Source: Centroscyllium fabricii | Lineage: Eukaryota | Direction of reading: 5' to 3' | DNA: 64,000 nt | NCBI GenBank assembly: GCA_051313645.2 | Contig: JBNRSN020000089.1 | Span: 2,976,001-3,040,000 of the forward strand | Shown here: positions 59,391 to 64,000 of the stretch, piece after piece | How positions within the stretch are numbered: position 1 is the first letter of the stretch | Layout: the number at the start of each line of letters is the position of its first letter | Notes under the pieces: generated by a model | The model's input: the letters and a program-made list of their open reading frames with translations, nothing else | Databases searched by the model: none | What the model was told of the DNA's origin: nothing | Program-made: the position numbers and the translations under genes

Positions 59391-62300
59391 CAATACATCA
59401 GACAATGTCCATCTGTGTACAATACATCAGACAATTTCCAACTGTGTACAATACATCAGACAATATCCATCTGTGTACAGTACATCAGATAATGTCCATC
59501 TGTGTACTATACATCTGAAAATATCCATCTGTGTACAATACATCAGACAATATCCATTTGTGAACAAAACATCAGACAATATCCATCTGTGAACAATACA
59601 TCAGACAATGTGCATCTGTGAACAATACATCAGACATTAACCATCTGTGTACAATACATCAGAAAATGACCATCTTTGAACAATAAATAAGACATTATCC
59701 ATCTGTGTACAATACATCAGACAATGTCCATTTGTGAACAAAACATCAGACAATATCCATCTGTGAACAATACATCAGACAATGTCCATCTGTGTACAAT
59801 ACATTAGACAATATCCATCTGTGTACAGTACATCAGACAATATCCATCTGTGTACAATAAATCAGACAATGTCCATCTGTGAACAATACATCAGGCAATG
59901 TTCATCTGTGTACAATACTTCAGAAAATGTCCATCTGTGAACAATACATAAGACATTATCCATCTGTGTACAATACATCAGACATTATCCACCTGTGTAC
60001 AATACATCAGCAAATGTCCATCTGTGAACAAAACATATGACTTTATCCATCTGTGTACAATACATCAGACATTATCCATCTGTGAACAATACATCGGACA
60101 ATATCCATCTGTGTACAATACATCAGACAAATGTCCTTCTGTGTACAATACATCAGACAATATCCAACTGTGTACAATACATCAGACAATGTCCATCTGT
60201 GTACATTACATCAGACAATATCCATCTGTGAACAATACATCAGAAAATGTCCATCTGTGTACAATACATCAGACACTATCCATCTGTGAACAATACATCA
60301 GACAATATCCATCTGTGTACAATACATCAGACAATATCCATCTGTGTACAATACATCAGAGAATGTCCATCTGTGTACAATACATCAGACAATATCCATC
60401 TGTGTACAATACATCAGACATTATCCATCTGTGTACAATAGAGCAGACATTATCCATCTGTGTACAATATATCAGACATTGTCCAACTGTGAACAATACA
60501 TCAGACATTATCCATCTGTGTACATTACATCAGACAATATCCATCTGTGCACAATAAATCAGATAATGTCCATCTGTGTACATTCCATCAGACAATATCC
60601 ATCTGTGTACAATACGTCAGAGAATGTCCATCTGTGTAGAGTACATCAGACAATATCCATCTGCGAACAATACATCAGACAATGTCCTTCTGTGTACAAT
60701 ACATCAGACAATATCCAGCTGTGTAGAATACATCAGACAATGTCCATCTGTGAACAATACATCAGAGAATGTCCATCTGTGTACAATACATCAGACAATG
60801 TCCATCTGTGTACAATACATCAGACAATATGCACCTGTGTAAAATACATCAGACAATGTCCATCTGTGTAAAATACATCAGACAATGTCCATCTGTGAAC
60901 AGACAATATCCATCTGTGTACAATACATCAGACAATGTCCATCTGTTTACAATACATCAGACAATGTCCATCTGTCTACAATACATCAGACAAATATCGA
61001 TCTGTGTGCAATACATCAGACAATATCCATCTGTGAACAATACATCAGACAGTGCCCATCTGTGTACAATAAATCAGACAATATCCATCTTTGTACAATA
61101 GATCAGATAATGTCCATCTGTGAACAATACACCAGACAATATCCAGCTGTGTACAATACATCAGAAAAATGTCCATCTGTGTACAATACATCAGACACTA
61201 TCCATCAGTGTACAATACATCAGACAATATCCAACTGTGTACAATATATCAGACAATATCCATCTGTGAACAATATATCAGAAAATGTCCATCTGTGCAC
61301 AATACATAAGACATTATCAATCTGTGTACAATACATCAGACATTATCCATCTGTGTAGAATAATTCAGACAATATCCATCTGTGAATCATACATCAGAAA
61401 ATGTCCATCTGTGTACAATATATCAGACATTATCCAACTGTGAACAATACATCAGACAATATTCATATGTGTACAATACATCAAACAATATCCATCTATG
61501 TACAATAAATCAGAAAATGTCCATCTGTGTACAATACATCAGACAGTATCCATCTGTGTACAATAGATCAGATATTATCCATCTGTGAACAATACATCAG
61601 ACATTATCCCTCTGTGTACAATACATCAGATATTGTCCATCTGTGAACAATACATCAGACATCATCCATCTGTGTACATTCCATCAGACAATATCCATCT
61701 GTGTACAATACATCAGAGAATGTCCATCTGTGTAGAGTACATCAGACAATATCCATCTGTGAACAATACATCAGCCAATGTCCTTCTGTGTACAATACAT
61801 CAGACAATATCCAGCTGTGTAGAATACATCAGACAATGTCCATCTGTGAACAATACATCAGAGAATGTCCATCTGTGTACAATACATCAGACAATGTCCA
61901 TCTGTGTACAATACATCAGACAATACGCACCTGTGTACAATACATCAGACAATATCCACCTGTGTACAATACATCAGACAATATCCATCTGTGAAAAATA
62001 TATCAGAAAATGTCCATCTGTGCACAATACAAAAGACATTATCAATCTGTGTACAATACATCAGACATTATCCATCTGTGTAGAACATATCAGACAATAT
62101 CCATCTGTGAATAATACATCAGAAAATGTCCATCTGTGTACAATATATCAGACATTATCCATCTGTGAACAATACATCAGACAATATCCATCTGTGTACA
62201 ATATATCAGACAATATCCATCTATGTACAATAAATCAGAAAATGTCCATCTGTGTACAATACATCAGACAGTATCCATCTGTGTACAATAGATCAGACAT

Positions 62301-63053
62301 TATCCATCTCTGAACAATACATCAGACATTATCCATTTGTGTACAATACATCAGACATTTTCCATCTGTGAACAATACATCAGACATCATCCATCTGTGT
62401 ACAGTTCTTCAGACAATGTCCATCTTTGTACAATACATCAGGCAATATCCATCTGTGTACAATACATCAGATCATGTCCATCTGTGAACAATATATCAGA
62501 CAATGTCCATCTGTGTACAATACATCAGAAATTGTCTTTCTGTGAACAATACATAAGACATTATCCATCTGTGTACAATACATCAAACATTATCCATCTG
62601 TGTACAATACATCAGCAAATGTCCACCTGTGAACAATACATAAGACATTATCCATCTGTGTACAATACATCAGACAGTATCCATCTGTGAACAATACATC
62701 AGACAATATCCATCTGTGTACAATACATCAGACAAATGTCCATCTGTGAACAATACATCAGACAATATCCACCTGTGTACAATACATCAGACAATGTCCA
62801 TCTGTGTAAATTACATCAGACAATATCCATCTGTGAACAGTACATCAGAAAATGTCCATCTGTATACAATACATCAGACATTATCCATCTGTGAAGAATA
62901 CATTAGACAATATCTATCTGTGTACAGTACACCAGACAATATACATCTGTGTACAATACATCAGAAAATTTCGATCTGTGTACAATACATCAGACAATAT
63001 CCATCTGTGTACAATACATCAGCCATTATCCATCTGTGAACAATAGAGCAGAC

Positions 63054-64000
63054 ATGTCCCTACCCCTTCCCTTGCTGTCCAGGGACTGGGATTTTCCTAC
63101 CTCTTCCCTTGCTATCTGGAGACTGGGATGATCCTACCTCTTCCCTTGCTGTCTCTAGACTGGTATGTCACTACCGCTTCCCTTGCTGTCTCTAGACTGG
63201 AATGTTCCTACCCTTTCCCTTGCTGTCTGGAGACTGGGATGTTCCTACCCCATCCCTTGCTGTCTCTAGACTGGGACATCACTTCCCTTGCTGTCCAGAG
63301 ACAGGGATATTTCTACCCTATCTCTTGCTGTCTGGAGGCTGGGATGTTCCTATCCCTTCCCATGCTGTCCAGAGATTGGGATGTCCCCAGCTCTTCCTTG
63401 CTGTCAGGAAACTGGGATTTTCCTAGCTCTTCCCTTGCTGTCCGGAGACTGGGATGTTCCTACCCAATCCCTTGCTGTCTGGAGACTGGGATGTTCCTAC
63501 CTCATCCCTTGCTGTCTGGAGACTGGGATGTCCCTAACCCATCCCTTGCTGTCTCTAGACTGCGTTGTCCCTACCCCATCCGTTGCTGTCCGGAGACTGG
63601 GATATCCCTACCCCTTCCCTTGCTGTCTGGAGACTGGGATGTTCCTACCCCATCCCTTGCTGTCCGGAGACTGGGATGTCCCTACCACTTCCCTTACTGT
63701 CTGGAGACTGGGATGTTCCTACCCCATCATTTGCTGTGTCTAGAGTGCGATGTTCCTACCCCTTCCCTTGCTGTCTGGAAACTGGGATGTTCCTACCTCT
63801 TCCCTTGCTGTCTCTAGACTGGGATGTCCCTTCCCAATCCCTTGCTGTCTCTAGACTGGGATGTTCCTAACCCTTCCCTTGCTGTCTCTAGACTGGGATG
63901 TCCCTATCCCATCCCTTGCTGTCTCTAGACTGGGATGTTCCTACCCCTTCCCTTGCTGTCTGGAGACTGGGATTTTCCTACCCCATCTCTTGCTGTCTCT
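63054..64000 (+). repeat. Second tandem repeat: 37-bp monomer, about 25-26 copies visible, continues off the 3' edge
   Basis: Consensus GGGATGTTCCTACCCCTTCCCTTGCTGTCTGGAGACT. Period checked at AGACTGG 63120/63157 and 63631/63668 (37 bp). One 31-bp monomer at about 63268-63298. C/T-rich on +, GC-richer than the 29-mer, and with no evident similarity to it beyond a short ATGTCC motif. Confidence 0.97.

Larger units (their letters stand above)
14788..63053 (+). repeat. 29-bp tandem satellite array, main segment
   Basis: Same monomer and orientation as 1-14244. I saw no inversion or non-satellite interruption by reading, and the ORF track gives the same three-frame 29-aa peptide on + throughout. 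Confidence 0.99.

Noticed and set aside
184-63046. Hundreds of overlapping + strand ORFs (up to 300 aa) encoding a Cys/His-containing 29-aa repeat (TSDNIHLCTIHQTISICVQYIRQYPSVYN)
   Set aside because: The GTGTAC form of the monomer has no stop in any + frame, and 29 is not divisible by 3, so all three frames give the same peptide. ORFs end mostly where the GTGAAC variant supplies TGA. There is no frame preference and indel monomers are tolerated, so these are artefacts.
184-63046. Possible C2H2 zinc-finger array (PRDM9/KRAB-ZNF-like)
   Set aside because: ZNF arrays have an 84-bp period with CxxC..HxxxH and TGEKP linkers. Here the period is 29 bp and those motifs are absent.
62949-63870. Pro/Cys/Leu-rich ORFs over the 37-bp repeat (keratin-associated or metallothionein-like look)
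   Set aside because: The same peptide appears in all three frames because of the 37-bp period and a mostly stop-free consensus, so this is a repeat artefact.
1-64000. CRISPR array (29 and 37 bp are CRISPR-repeat-like lengths, and the 37-mer is partly palindromic)
   Set aside because: Monomers are directly adjacent with no unique spacers. There is no leader or cas gene, and a vertebrate-type LINE indicates a eukaryotic genome.
1-64000. Nucleosome-phasing design (5x29 = 145 bp, 4x37 = 148 bp)
   Set aside because: Some multiple of any short monomer falls near 147. I saw no 5-monomer or 4-monomer periodicity in the variants to support it.
1-64000. Telomeric repeats, CENP-B box, tRNA/5S/snRNA genes, inversions within the array
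   Set aside because: None seen by reading: no (TTAGGG)n, the 29-mer consensus lacks the CpGs a CENP-B box needs, no RNA-gene-like unique sequence, and orientation appears uniform. A short inversion or degenerate motif could have been missed by eye.

Overview
This window is non-coding, eukaryotic-type satellite DNA, and I find no credible protein-coding gene, RNA gene or CRISPR array. About 62.5 kb (1-63053) is one head-to-tail array, in a single orientation, of a 29-bp monomer (consensus ACATCAGACAWTRTCCATCTGTGWACAAT, roughly 2,150 copies by length/29). It is organised into nested higher-order duplications with periods of about 435, 610, 1191, 2522, 3456, 3570, 5339/5484 and 6761 bp, plus a paralogous block pair about 39.3 kb apart. 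The array is interrupted once, at about 14245-14787, by a 5'-truncated CR1-clade LINE fragment comprising the ORF2 C-terminus with an in-frame stop, a short 3' UTR and a (TATGTTC)4 tail. Its 3' end resembles CR1/HER1-type LINEs of cartilaginous fishes as I recall them, so the host is probably a vertebrate and possibly a shark or ray (inference). At 63054 the array switches abruptly, with no spacer, to a second, unrelated 37-bp pyrimidine-rich tandem repeat that runs off the window end. Nearly all ORFs in the supplied track are artefacts of monomers that lack stop codons. I did not find a new gene-based system. The most interesting features are the nested duplication history of the satellite, the LINE insertion with its empty-site paralogs in the same window, and the satellite-to-satellite junction.
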